Source of the DNA: Mobula hypostoma
Lineage: Eukaryota
Direction: 5' to 3'
Length of the DNA stretch: 64,000 nucleotides
Assembly (NCBI RefSeq): GCF_963921235.1
Contig: NC_086097.1
Location: 187,428,001 to 187,492,000 of the forward strand
Below, in pieces: positions 1-11,751 of this stretch (position 1 is the first letter of the stretch; each line of letters opens with the position of its first letter). The translations under genes were made by a program, and so were the position numbers. The notes below the pieces were generated by a model. It made no database searches, was not told the origin of the DNA, and was given only the letters and a program-made list of their open reading frames with translations.

Positions 1-61
1 ACACTAATAAAAATTTTTCTCTACATAAAACTCAAAATTAAAATGAGATTTATTATCAAAG

Positions 62-330
62 ATCAAAGTCAATTTATTATCAAGGTATATATACTACACT
101 GAGATTCATTTTCTTGCAGGCATTTACAGGAAAATAAAGAAATGCAATAGAAACTATGAAAAACTATGCATAACCGAAACTGACAACCAACCAATGTACA
201 AAATCGGACAAATTGCACAATAAATAAATAAATAGATAGATAGAATGATACTGGGAGCATGAGTTGTAGAGTCCTTGAAAGGGAGTCAATAGGTTGTGAA
301 GTCAGTTCAGTATTGAGATGAGTGAAGTCA
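62..330 (-). mobile_element. 3' end of a non-autonomous retroposon (tail family shared with 700-860, 2111-2920 and 42400-43035)
   Basis: Reverse complement ends ...gcctgcaagaaaatgaatctcag...gataataaattgactttga; a closely related tail recurs three more times in the window. Confidence 0.6.
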
Positions 331-473
331 TCCACACTAGCATCAACATATGCAGGTATGGCATGGAATCTGTTGCTTTGAGGCAGTAGTACAGTGAGAA
401 GGCATAAAATTACTATAAATTCCAAAAATAAATAAAAAGTGCAAATGGAAGTATAACGAAGTATTGTTCTGGT

Positions 474-625
474 ACAACATTCCCACTGGCTCCTGAGAAT
501 CCCGGCCCCAGTCCATATCTGATGAAGTGGAAATGGGATTTTCAGGATGACACCTAGAACGTTAAGCCCATCAGGGAAACACAGAAGTCAAGTATAAATG
601 GAAGCAACAAGAAGAGGACATATCC
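474..625 (+). mobile_element. RTE-clade LINE 3' fragment
   Basis: Similar to 1381-1510 (ccactggctcctgagaatccc...cagggaaacacagaagtca); resembles the decayed C-terminal region of RTE ORFs. Confidence 0.5.
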
Positions 626-1199
626 TGGACGGTGAGCATCTTTGGTAATGGATTTCACCATAATTTTTGTGTGAAGGAGGTTTGGGGGGGAGGAGTTTGG
701 GGTTTGTTTTTGTTTCTTTTTATTTTTGTGTGGGGGGGATTGATGTCTTTCTTTCAACTACTTATATGGAGTTCTGTATTTTATGGCAAGCTGGAAAAGA
801 CGAATCTCAGAGATGTATTCTGCATACGTACTTCAGTATTGTGATAATAAAATAAACTTTGAGTTACATGAACTTATATTTAGATATGGCTAGATTAGTT
901 TAATATAGTCACATGTACTGACATACAATGAAAAGCTTGTCTTTTATACTGTTCATAGAGATCAGATTATTACACAGTGTATTAATCCAGAACAAGGTAA
1001 AACAATAACAATGTGGAATAAGAAGCTACCGAAAATGTGTAGTAGAGGTGAATGATAACGTGCAAGATCATAACAAAGTTAAATCATGAGGCTAAGTGTC
1101 ATACAGGAAGTCCGTTCAAGAGTCTGATAACATTGGGAAGGAGTTTTGATCTGCATAATTTATTGGTAAATGTTTAACTCTAAATCCAGCATTCTGCTT

Positions 1200-1625
1200 C
1201 CACTGTTTAACATCCATGTAGTCATGTGTTATGTGCTGACCAAAATGGCAGCTCAGTTTGCACACATGACACCAAGCTCCGGAAAAATACATTCCATTTC
1301 AGGCTCTTTTGCAGGAAGAAGTTACACAAAGAAAGAGAAAAGTAATCAAGCATGGTCTTAAAATCTTATTGGGAAAAAAATGCAACATTTCCACTAGCTC
1401 CTGAGAATCCCAGTACCAGCTGAAATCTGCTAAAGTGAAGAAAGAAATATCAGGATGACACTCAGAACGTTAAGCACATCAGGGAAACACAGAAGTCAGG
1501 TATAAATGGTGGAGAGACTCTTAAACTCCTAATCCACCTGCCTCAGCAGACACCTCCTTCTCTGTCTGCAGAAAAGATTACTGGTCCCACAAAAGCCTGA
1601 TAAGTCAATTAGAACTCATTTTGAT
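1200..1625 (+). mobile_element. RTE-clade LINE 3' fragment
   Basis: Decayed frame ends TSFSVCRKDYWSHKSLISQL, resembling the RTE C-terminal CxxC...HxxLISH zinc-finger motif; several stops. Confidence 0.5.
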
Positions 1626-2110
1626 CCCAACAGACAACACAAGACAAAGAAGGGATCTAATTTTTAAGTACATCCGGTTTTGCTTCTGGTAAAATGTTCC
1701 ATATATCCATTGACTCCTCAAGATTAAAGACTCAAGATTCAAACTCCTGAGAGTGCACATCATGCACAACCTCTCATTGCCCCGAACACATTCTACACAA
1801 TCAGGAAAACTCACCAATGCCTCTACCTTCTGAGGAGGCTGTAGGGAACTTGACTGTGCACATCAATACTCACTACCTTCTACAGTCGTGCAGTAGAGTG
1901 TGTTCTAACGTGGTATGAGAACTGCACTGTGCTGGATGGGTAATCAAAATTGCCAAACTCATCATTGGCACTATCTACCCACCATGAAGGATATATATAC
2001 AGAAAGATGCTAGAAAAAGGCCAGTAATATCACAAAGGATTCCACCCAACATGCTCATGGATCCCACTCCCATCAAGGAAGAGGCTACGGAGCGTCCATG
2101 CCAGGACCAG

Positions 2111-2920
2111 CAAAGTACTCTTATTATCAATGCACACTGTACATAGCCCCGAGATTCATTCTCCCACAGGCAGTTATGAAACAAAGAAACACCATCGAAC
2201 CGCTTCAAAGAAAAACATCAGACTCACAACATGTGAGAAAAAGAATAAATCGCACAGACGGCCAAAAACAAGTGAATAACACACAGATTGTTAAACATCA
2301 AACCACAGAGTCCTTGAAACAGTCTAGGAACACTCAGTTTAGCCCCGCTTCCGTCATTGTCTGCAGGCCTCAGAGCCAGCCTGCTCAGAAGCGCCCTGAT
2401 CAAGCCGTGCAAAGTAGCAAAAAAAGAGTAACCAGAAACCAGAAGCACATGTCACCTGAACCGTAGAGACCTCCAAAAAAGATTCACGAGCCGTGCTGAT
2501 CAAACCTTGTAGTGTGGGATCCAAGACTCCTGCACCTTCCTCCAGCAGCAGCAAACAAGGTGGGGAGGGCCACCGGTCAAATAGTCAGACAGCGCTGGAC
2601 ACCCACTCACCTTCCGCTCTCATACTATCCATTTCAACCTTGCTCAATGCTTCAATTGGCAAGGAGTAATGGAGCCGGTCATGGGATTGGGCTCCGTCAT
2701 TAGACCGCACACTGCACTCTCAGCCTTGACAAATTCCCCCAGAATGCTTATTCAGAAAAGTACCAGAATCCTTAGTCAGCCCAAAAACACACCAGCAAAA
2801 TGCAACTTACAGGCTCCAATTATGGCAGTTTAATAGTTTAAGCATATTTTTAAAAAGGAGAAGTAGTTTCATGAACTGTTGGCAGGATATCACCATCGGT
2901 TGCTGGTGCTATCTTGAGCG
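2111..2920 (-). mobile_element. About 810-bp non-autonomous retroposon inserted in the Rex1-like LINE
   Basis: Minus strand begins caagatagcacc (AAGATGGCG-like start) and ends with the gaatctcgggg...gataataagagtactttg tail; no credible protein; interrupts host sequence. Confidence 0.55.
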
Positions 2921-3178
2921 GGGCTCAAATCAGTTACTTTCACCAAACAATAAGGCTGATCAACACCTTCACCCACTGACCCACTTCACCACTACATCAT
3001 TTCCTGTCAGTGTCACTTTATGTACAGACACTCCTATACAGTGGCATGCAAATGTCTGGGCACCCTTGGTCAAAATTTCTGTCACTGTGAATAGTTAAGT
3101 GAGTAGAAGATGAACTGATCTCCAAAAGACATAAGGTTAAAGATGAAACATTCTTTTCAACATTTTAAGCAAGGTTAG

Positions 3179-3825
3179 TGTTATGTAGGGCTCTCAGTAA
3201 TACTAGACAGACTGTTAACTGTTAATCGCTTATTACCAAAATGGCTTCTCTGAGGTATTATATTAAAATAGTTCTCATACTGTTAACTGCTGAGCAAGGG
3301 GTTCTCTCTAACAGCGATGTCTGGGTTATACTACGTGATAATAGAAACTGTATTCATTTGTTAGCCAATGGAAGTCATGTTGTGTTATCTTGTATATGTG
3401 TGCTGAGTTGAAGAACGTGAGCTTTTTCGGGAGGCGAGCAGAGAGGATGGACGTGTGAGGAATGGACAGCGGTTCCAGGGCAAGGGATACCAGACCTTGG
3501 GGGTTCGGAGGGTGGCCAGAGTCTCGGAAGGACGTTGTGGATGAAATCGGAGGCGTGAGCTCCAACATATTAAAATATTATGTGCACAATACTGATAAGT
3601 TACTTATGTGGCGCCACTTCTCTTAGTTGTTGCTACTAACGCATCACCAAAATTTGCTATAAAGTGTAATTCTTTACTCGCACTTTGTATATTTTTTCAT
3701 GTTTGTGTCTTGGCTGATCATTGGGCAACTTACACCTTATCCGCACCAAAGCATTTGCACTGTTTGGCGGGGTCAATGGCTATTCACTCTAGGCAGCGGG
3801 AGTCAGTGGGGCAAAGGCCGTTACG
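3179..3825. mobile_element. Probable solo LTR inserted in the left Tc1 TIR
   Basis: 647 bp absent from the right TIR; begins TGTTATG and ends CGTTACG (degenerate TGTAACG...CGTTACA); no long ORF; no clean 4-5 bp TSD. Confidence 0.55.
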
Positions 3826-4065
3826 TGTATTATTTTTGTTTTGTACAATTTTAGAGTGAAAAAAAGGAAAGAAGCACCATGCAAAAGTTTGTGCACCCCA
3901 AGAGATTTGAGCTCTCAGATAAGTTTTACCAAGGTCTCAGACCTTATTTAGATTGTTAGGGCTATGGCTTGTTCACAATCATTGTTAAGAAAGGCCAGGT
4001 GATGCAAATTTCAAAGCTTTATAAATACCCTGACCCCTCAAACCTTGTCCCAACAATCAGCAGCC

Positions 4066-5090
4066 ATGGGCTCCTCGAAGCAGCTGCCTAGCACTCTGAA
4101 AATTAAAATAAATGATGCCCACAAAACAGGAGAAGGCTATAAGAAGATAGCAAAACATTTTCAGGTAGTCGTTTCCTCAGTTCATAATGTAATTAAGAAA
4201 TGGCAGTTAACAGCAACGGTGGAGGTCAAATTGAGGTCTGAAAGATCAAGAAAACTTTCTGAGAGAACTGCTCGTAAGATTACTAGAAAGGCAAATCAAA
4301 ACCCCCGTTTGACTGCAAAAGACCTTCAGGAAGATTTAGCAGACTCTGGAGTGGTGGTGCACTGTTCTACTGTGCAGTGACACCTGCACAAATATGACCT
4401 TCATGGAAGAGTCATCAGAAGAAAACCTTTCCTGTGTCCTCACCACAAAATTCAGCGTCAGAAGTGTGCAAAGGAACATCTAAACAAGCCTGAAGCATTT
4501 TGGAAACAAGTCCTGTGGACTGATGAAGTTAAAATAGAACTTTCTGGCTGCAACAAGCAAAGGTACTGTATGTTTGGAGAAAAAAGGATGCAGCATTTCA
4601 CGAAAAGAACACCTCTCCAACTGTTAAGCACGAGAGTGGATCGATCATGCTTTGGGTACGTGTTGCAGTCAGTGGCATGGGGAACATTTCACTGGTAGAG
4701 GGAAGAATGAATTCAAATAAATGCCAGAAGATTCTGGAAACAAACATCACACCGTCTGTAAAAAAAGTCAAAGATGAAAAGAGGCTTCTACAACAGGATA
4801 ATTATCCTAAACACACCTCAAAATTCACAATGGATTACCTCAAGAGGCGCAATCTGAATGTTTTGCCATGGCCCTCACAGTCCCCCGACCTAAACATCAT
4901 CGAAAATCTGTGGATAGACCTCAAAAGAGCAATGTATGCTAGACAGCCCAAGAATCTCACAGAGCTAGAAGCCTTTTGCAAGGAAGAATGGGTGAAAATC
5001 CCCCAAACAAGAATTGAAAGACTCTTAGCTGACTACAGAATGCATTTACAAGCTGTGATACTTGCCAAAGGGAGTGTTACTAAGTACTGA
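4066..5090 (+). pseudogene. Tc1-family DD34E transposase, inactivated
   Basis: HTH N-terminus (GEGYKKIAKHF), WTDEVKIEL, QQDNYPKH, WPSQSPDLNIIENLW with 34 residues between D and E; stop at 4378-4380; 5-bp insertion at 4566-4570; TATA-like tataaata at 4020-4027. Confidence 0.95.
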
Positions 5091-6039
5091 TCTTGCAGGG
5101 TGCCCAAAACTTTGCTTCGGGCCCTTCTCCTTTTTTGTTATTTTGAAACTGTAAAAGATGGAAATAAAAAAGTAATCTTGCTTAAAATATTAAAGAAATG
5201 TGTCATCTTTAATTTTATGCCTTTTGGAAATCAGGTCATCTTTTACTCGGTTAGCTATTCACAGTAACAGAAATTTTGACCGTGGGTGCCCAAACTTTTG
5301 CATGCCACTTGTACCTAGTGACACTTTATGTACATACAATCGATCTGTTTACATAAGCTATCTTACACATTTAAATTTATTGTTTTTTTTAGATTATTGA
5401 GTTCTTTCTGTTATTGTGATTTTTTTTCGTGTTGCATCAGATTTGGACTAACAATTATTTCTTTCTTCTTTACACTTGTGCACTGGAAACGACATTAAAC
5501 AATCTTGAATCTTAAGCCATGGCTAGGGGTCTTACTAGCTGGACTTCAAAAGTGAATAACATGAGAGTTGATAATGTTATAGATTCGTGGGGAATACATT
5601 TCTGGGAATGTTGATTGCCTTTACTGACTCACAGTTGCCCTGCTCAGTAACTATTCTATTTAACAGCATGGTTATTCCACTCAAGTGCCCCTAATTTTTC
5701 ATCTACACAAAGTCACCCCAATCATTACTGTCATTGACAGATGCGTGAGTGAAAGGTAAGCTAGTAAGGGCAAATTCAAGTACATTTATCCCTCCTGTTC
5801 CTTCCTCACTAGCTGCTGCAAGCCAGTCCGGAAGCCTTGTTCTTCAGGGCTCAGCCAGCTCTGTAGGTGGTTGTGCTAAATAGATTTTTCCTGCCTTTGC
5901 TTGAACTGATGCCAAGGAACTTCGTTGAAGTGCAGAAACAATTCTGATTTCTTTTAATTATCAGAGACTACCACCAAAAAGTTTCCAAATCGAAGTCCGA
6001 AGGGAATGGGTTCTATCTTTAGAGGTTATATTGCCAGAC

Positions 6040-6390
6040 TGGTAATCTAGAGGGCATGTTAATATCCCACAATAAATATTTGAGTTTTATTTAAATTCTG
6101 TGAACATGATTGCAAGCAATCATGAATCTGTTTGACAGCTGAAAAGTCTTACTGAATCATTACTAGTCTCCAGGGAGAAAGTTTGCTGTTAATACTGGCC
6201 TGATGGAAAAATGACACAAGACCCACAATGATGTTATCCCTAAGCTCCCCACTGAAATATGTTGGGAGGTAACTCAGTCACACCAGCTGTTAATGTTTAA
6301 AGAAACAATAACTTCCTCTTGAGAGAGCAAAGAGTGGGTTCTAAATGCTGACTTTCCGAACAACATCCTTAAACTAAAAATAATTGAAAG
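6040..6390 (+). mobile_element. Old SINE remnant (SacSINE/Deu-domain-like)
   Basis: Degenerate resemblance by eye (agggagaaagtttgctg...agacccacaatg...taaatgctgactt) to an elasmobranch SINE body. Confidence 0.35.
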
Positions 6391-6512
6391 AATTTAACCC
6401 AGCAAAACTCTGGATGTTTGTACAGGGGAGATGATTGGGCGTATACTTCCTCCTCGCACCCCTACTTAATCATCCTGACCTAAGTCCTAAGGGCGAGAAT
6501 CAGAATAAGCAG

Positions 6513-6735
6513 CATAGAGTCATAGAGCACCACAGCACAGAAACAGCCCTTCAGCCCCTCTAGTCCATTCTAAACTATTATTCAGCCTAGTCCCATCGCC
6601 CTGCGCCTGGACTATACCCTTCCATACCCTTCCTATCCACGTACTTATTGAAACTTCTCTTACGTGTTGAAATTGAACCTGCATCCTCCACTTCCATCGG
6701 CAGCTCACTCCAGACACACTGAGTGAAGAAGTTTT
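6513..6735 (-). mobile_element. CR1 LINE 3' tail fragment
   Basis: catagagtcatagag tail followed by acagcacagaaacagcccttcagccc, as in other CR1 3' ends here. Confidence 0.75.
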
Positions 6736-6744
6736 AATATTACT

Positions 6745-7235
6745 AACATAACATCATGAAAACAGTACCGTACAAGCCATAAAAATTGTTATATGTTACA
6801 AACAGGAAGAGGAATAACAAGGTAGTGTTCATAGGTTCATAGACCATTCAGAAATCTGATGGTGAAGGGGAAGAAGGTGTTCCTAAAATGTTGGGTGTGG
6901 GTCTTTAGCTCCTATTCCTCCTCCCCAATGGTAGTTGAGAGAAGAGGGCATATCCTGGATGTGAGGTCCTTAATGGTGGATGTCACCTTCTTGAGGCATC
7001 AACTTTTGAGACTGTAATGGAGATAACTGAATGTACAACCTCAGTTGTAACTGAGGGGACAACAGCTTCTTTTGATCCTCCACATCAAAGCCTTCATACC
7101 AGGTGATAATGCAACCAATAAGAAAGCTCTTCATCATACATCTGTAGAGATTTGCTGGAGTCTTTGGTGACAAAACAAATCTACTCAAATTCCTAATAAA
7201 GTATAGCTGCTGGTGTGCCTTCTTTGTGATTACAT
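6745..7235 (-). mobile_element. Rex1/Babar-like LINE 3' fragment
   Basis: ORF 6970..7248: KKAHQQLYFIRNLSRF...LIGCIITWY. Confidence 0.75.
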
Positions 7236-7472
7236 CGGAGACTAGCACAAGCTAAATTTTAGTATGCAGATTAGCTTCCACCTATTGTCAAACCTAGTTA
7301 ATTTTATCATTTAGCATGTGGATAAGCATATTTATCTTAAATAAGGAAAGAGGAACTTTCTTCATCCCCTCAGTGTTCAAACTTCTGATTAGAAACAGAT
7401 TTAAAATTTCATCTCAGAATTATTAACCCTGCTTTATTCTCCACAGATACTGACTCACATTCCTTATTTCAG

Positions 7473-7850
7473 GGGAAAGATAAAGGGGTGGGGGAGGGGA
7501 AGCAGGGAGGGGATAGGCATCCCAGTTTCACTCTGCCCCCTCCTCCAGCTGCCTATCACCTCCCTCATGGTTCCGCCTCCTTCTACGACCCATTGTGCTT
7601 TCCCCTATTGCATCCTCACCTTTCCTGCCTATCACCTCCCTGCTTCCCCTCCCCCACCCATTGATCTTTCCCCTTACTCGTTTTTCACCTGGCACCTACC
7701 AGCCTTCTCCTTCCCACCCTCCCCCACCTTCTTTATAGGGCCCCTGCCCCCTCCCTTTTCAGTCCTGACGAAGGGTCTCGGCCCAAAGTGTTGACTGTTC
7801 GTTTCCACGGATGCTGCCCAACCTGCTGAGTTCCTCCAGCATGTTGTGCG
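7473..7850 (+). mobile_element. Penelope-like element pseudo-LTR with short 5' inverted segment
   Basis: Pyrimidine-rich 3' region, hammerhead-like cagtcctgacgaagggtctcggccc at 7760-7784 and gatgctgcc...cctgctgagttcctccagc tail; 7473-7519 is an inverted copy of 7626-7672. Confidence 0.8.
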
Positions 7851-8744
7851 AGCAACTGTGTTGAGAAGCATTAGCTCCTAGTCTGATACAAAACTAGTAC
7901 AACATTTTACTAAAATTGAGCTACAGCAAACCAGCTGTTATTCTTTGAAAATAGATTCTGAGCACAAATGAGGCAGAAATTTAGAGTGGTTTACATATCC
8001 CACGTGTTTTACTTATGCAGTGCTCTTATCATTACAAATATCTTGGTATCAATACATTTGAGTGAACCAAGCAAAACCACAAACTGTGCCAATCCATCTG
8101 TATCCAAGGAGTTAATGAATTTGAGCATGTTCAGAATGCCAAAGAAGGAAAATGCAGATAGAGGAAAGAATAGCTATGTCCAGTCGTTAAATTGTCAGCT
8201 TTCATATGTCTATTTCACTGTAAAATTTGTGCTTACAGAATAACGTATATGCTCACTGAAGGCATAATCAAATTTAGAAGTCCAATCTTACTCTTCACAT
8301 TTAGATATTTTTATGATGATAAACCTAATTATAAAAAGATCCATAAGGAACTTTATATATCAAGTTCTTTCCTTAATTAAAAATGTCAAAGTTCTCATGG
8401 GTAGCATTGGTTTAATCAGAATTTAAGATTTCTTCCATCTGCTCATCTCACTACCAACTGTTTTAACTTGATGTAGACTAATTACCAATTTGAAAATCTT
8501 TTTTTTCTTCACCCCCTTGGTGTTCAAACTTCTGATTAGAAACAGATTTAAAGTTTCATCTCAAAATTTTTAACACTGCTTCATTCTTCACAGATACTGA
8601 CTCACATTCCTTATTTCAGATTTCAGCATCTGCAGTATTTTGCTTTTAGATGATCAATTGATGTTTCCTCTTTCAAAATGCTTAGGTTGCTGCTGTTAGC
8701 AGTTAAATAGAGAGTTTTGTATATGGGGGCAGTTTCAATCTCTC

Positions 8745-10205
8745 ACTGCCACAGTCGGAAGTTCCAACCTACTTCAGAATGGCAACAATTATACCAGTGC
8801 CCAAAAATAGCAGCGTAAGCTGCCTCAACAACTGTCATCCAGTAGCACTCACATCTACAGTGATGAAATGATTTGAGGGGTTAGTCATGGCTCGAATCAG
8901 CACGTGCCTCAGCAAGGACCTGGACCCACTGCAAATTGCCTATCGCCTCAATAGGGCTACAGCAGACATGATCTCAATGGCTCTGCACGCAGCCTTGCAT
9001 CACCCGGTCAATGCAAATACCTATGTCAGGAAACACACACAAAATGCTGGGAAAACTCAGCAGGACAGGCAGCACCTATGGAAAAGAGTAACCAGTCGAC
9101 ATTTCTGCTGAGACCCTTCATCAGAACAGGAGAAAAAAGATGGGAAGTCAGAGTAAGAAGGTGGGGGAAGGGGAGGAAGAAATACAAGGTAGTAGATGAT
9201 AAGTGAAACCAGGAGGGGGAGCAGGGGTGAAGTAAAGAACTGGAAAGTCGAATGGTGAAGGGCTGAAGAACAGGGAATCTGATTGGTGAGGACGGAGGTC
9301 ATGGAAGAAAGGGAAGGGGGAGGAACACCAGAGGGAGGTGATGGGCAGGCAAGGAGATAAAGTGAGAGAGGGAAATGGGAATGGGGAAAGGTGAGGAGGG
9401 AGGAATTACCAGAAGTTTGAGGAATCGACATTCATGCCATCAGATTGGAGATTACCCAGATAGAATACAAGATGTTGCTCCTCCAACCTGAGTGTGCCTC
9501 ATCGTGACAGTACAAGAGGCCATCCTATGTCAGGATGCTGTTCATTGACTGTAGATCAGCATTTAATACAAACATTCCGACAGTCCTGATTGAAAAGCTA
9601 CAGAACCTAAGCCTCTGTACATCCCCTGGCAACTGCATCATTGACTTCCTAACTGGAAGACGACAATATATGTGAATTTGAAATAAAATCTACATTTCAC
9701 TGATAACCAACACTGGTGTGCACAGGGATGTGTGCTTAGCCCACTGCTCCACTCTATCTGCATCCATGATTATGTGGTGAAGCATCAATAAATTTGCTGA
9801 TGATTCAACCATTGTTGGCAGAATTTCTGATGGTGACAAAATGGCCTATACCTTGCACTCATTGTCAGCTGGACCAAAGATAATAGCCAATAATATTAAA
9901 GAGGATACCAATGGTTCCTTCAGATACATAAAGTGTAAAAGAGAGGCAAGGGTGGATATTGGACTGCTGGAAATAGCTTCTTCTCCTCTGCTAATTTCTA
10001 AATGGACATTGAACACTACCTCACTACTTTTTTAATTTCTGTTTTTATTTGCATTGTATATTTTAACTTATTTAATAGACATATACTTACTGTAACTCAG
10101 TTATTTTCTCTATATTTATTTATCATGTATTTCTTTGTACTGCTGCCATAAAGTTAATAAATTTCACAACCTATGTCGATGATATTAAACCTGATTATGA
10201 TCCTA
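8745..10205 (+). mobile_element. Rex1/Babar-like LINE RT fragment and 3' tail, interrupted
   Basis: DLDPLQIAYRLNRATADMISMALH, then AFNT and KFADDS motifs in decayed frames; tail attaaacctgattatgat. Confidence 0.8.
9032..9523 (-). mobile_element. 5'-truncated Penelope-like element with 12-bp TSD
   Basis: cctatgtcagga at 9020-9031 and 9524-9535; contains the GIY-YIG C-terminal remnant and a pLTR with CTGATGA...GAAA motif (9093-9128). Confidence 0.88.
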
Positions 10206-10324
10206 ATAGAAAGTAGATGCTGGAATCTGGAGGAAAAAGCAAGCTGCTGGAGCAAGTCTGTGTGTCAGACCGTATCTGGAAAGGGAAATGGACAATTGAC
10301 ATTTAGGTTTGGAATTCTTCACAG

Positions 10325-11750
10325 AGTCAGAGAGTCACAGAAAAGTATAGCAAAAAAATAGGCCAATCAGCTCATCTGGTCCATGCCGAACCATTACCAT
10401 TTAAACTGCCTATTCCCATCGATCTGCATCAGGACCATAGCCCACCAAGCCCTACTATCCATATACCTGTACAAACTTCTCTTAAACTTTGCAATCAAGC
10501 TCGCATGCTCCACTTGTTTTGGCAGCTCGTTCCACACTCTCACAACCCTCTGAGGGAAGAAGTTTCCACTTATGTTCCCCTTAATCTTTTCACCTTTTAC
10601 CCTTAACCTCTGGTTATAGTCCCACCCAACCATGGTGGAAAAAGCCTGCTTTCATTTACCCTATCTATACCCCTTGTAATTTTGTATACCTCTTTCAATT
10701 CTCCTCTCAATCTTTTACGTTCGAAGGAATAAAGTCCTAACCTATTCAATCTTTCTATATAACTCAGGTCCTCCAGTCCCAGCAACAGCCTTGTAAATTC
10801 CCTCTTCACTCTTTCAACTTTATTTACATCTTTCCTGTAGGTCGTAGACCAAAACTAAACATTAGAATCCAATTTAGGCCTCACCAATGTCTTGTACAAC
10901 TCAACATGACATCCCATATCCTGTACTCAGTACTTTGATTTTTGAAGGCCAATGTGCCAAAACTTTCTTGATGATCCTACCTGCATGTGACACCACTTGC
11001 CACAAATTATGGACCTTGTTCTACCACACTGTACAGTGGCATACGGTTCAGGGTAAGACCTACTCTGGTTGATTCTACTGAAGCACAAAACTTCGCACTT
11101 GTCTGCACTAAATTCCATCTGCCATTTTTCAGCCCATTTTTTCAGCTGGTACAGATCCCGCTCCAAGCCATGACAAAACATTCGCAGTCCACTACACCCC
11201 CAAGCTGAGTGTCATCTGCAAATTTGCTGATCCAATTATCCACATTATCATCCCAACAGCTTTGTACTCTCAAAACTTCACATTTGAAGTTCACCCCTTA
11301 CCAGGTACACCTTTGCCAGAAAGCAGCCTGTCTCAATCTACACTTGCCAGATCCTTTCTGATACCATCCAACTTAGAATCTGAACCCACGGACCAGACAT
11401 ATCTTTTCAATAGTTTCTTTGAAACTAATGGTATTGTGATCACTAGATGCAAAGTGTTTCCCTGCATAAATTTCTCTCACCTGCCCTGCTTCATTCCCTA
11501 ACAGCAGATCGAGTATTGCACTCTCTCACCTTGTAACCTTTACATACAGATTAAGGAAACTTTCCTGAACATATTTGACAAACTCTATCCTATCTAGTTC
11601 TTTTATGGTGTCGGATTCCCAGTCAATATGTGGAAAGTTAAAATCACCTTATGCTTCTTGTAGCAGTCTGCAAACTCTCTGAAAATTTGTTCCCCGGTCT
11701 CTTGGACATTTGGGTGGACTTTAATATAGCCTCATTAATGTGGTCATACC
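10325..11750 (-). mobile_element. CR1 LINE, decayed with internal deletions
   Basis: WAEKWQMEFSADKCEVL, LSYIERLNRLGLYS, NFFPQRVVRVWNELP; APE remnant near 11500-11750. Confidence 0.88.
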
Positions 11751-11751
11751 A

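Larger units (their letters stand above)
3039..5311 (+). mobile_element. Tc1/mariner DNA transposon, IR/DR (Sleeping Beauty/Frog Prince-like) architecture
   Basis: TA at 3037-3038 and 5312-5313; termini cagtggcatgcaaatgtctgggcaccc and gggtgcccaaacttttgcatgccacttg; about 210-bp TIRs with inner copies of the terminal motif (about 3879-3898 and 5098-5116). Confidence 0.95.
1790..5512 (+). mobile_element. Rex1/Babar-like LINE 3' part, split by later insertions (pieces about 1790-2110, 2921-3038, 5312-5512)
   Basis: Decayed RT C-terminal sequence similar to ORFs at 11861 and 47514; reads through when 2111-2920 and the Tc1 are removed; ends in attaaacaatcttgaatctt tail. Confidence 0.65.

Noticed and set aside
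474..1510. Two similar about 130-bp segments (474-600, 1381-1508) as duplicated exons
   Set aside because: Both have in-frame stops and resemble RTE LINE 3' coding sequence; treated as repeat fragments.
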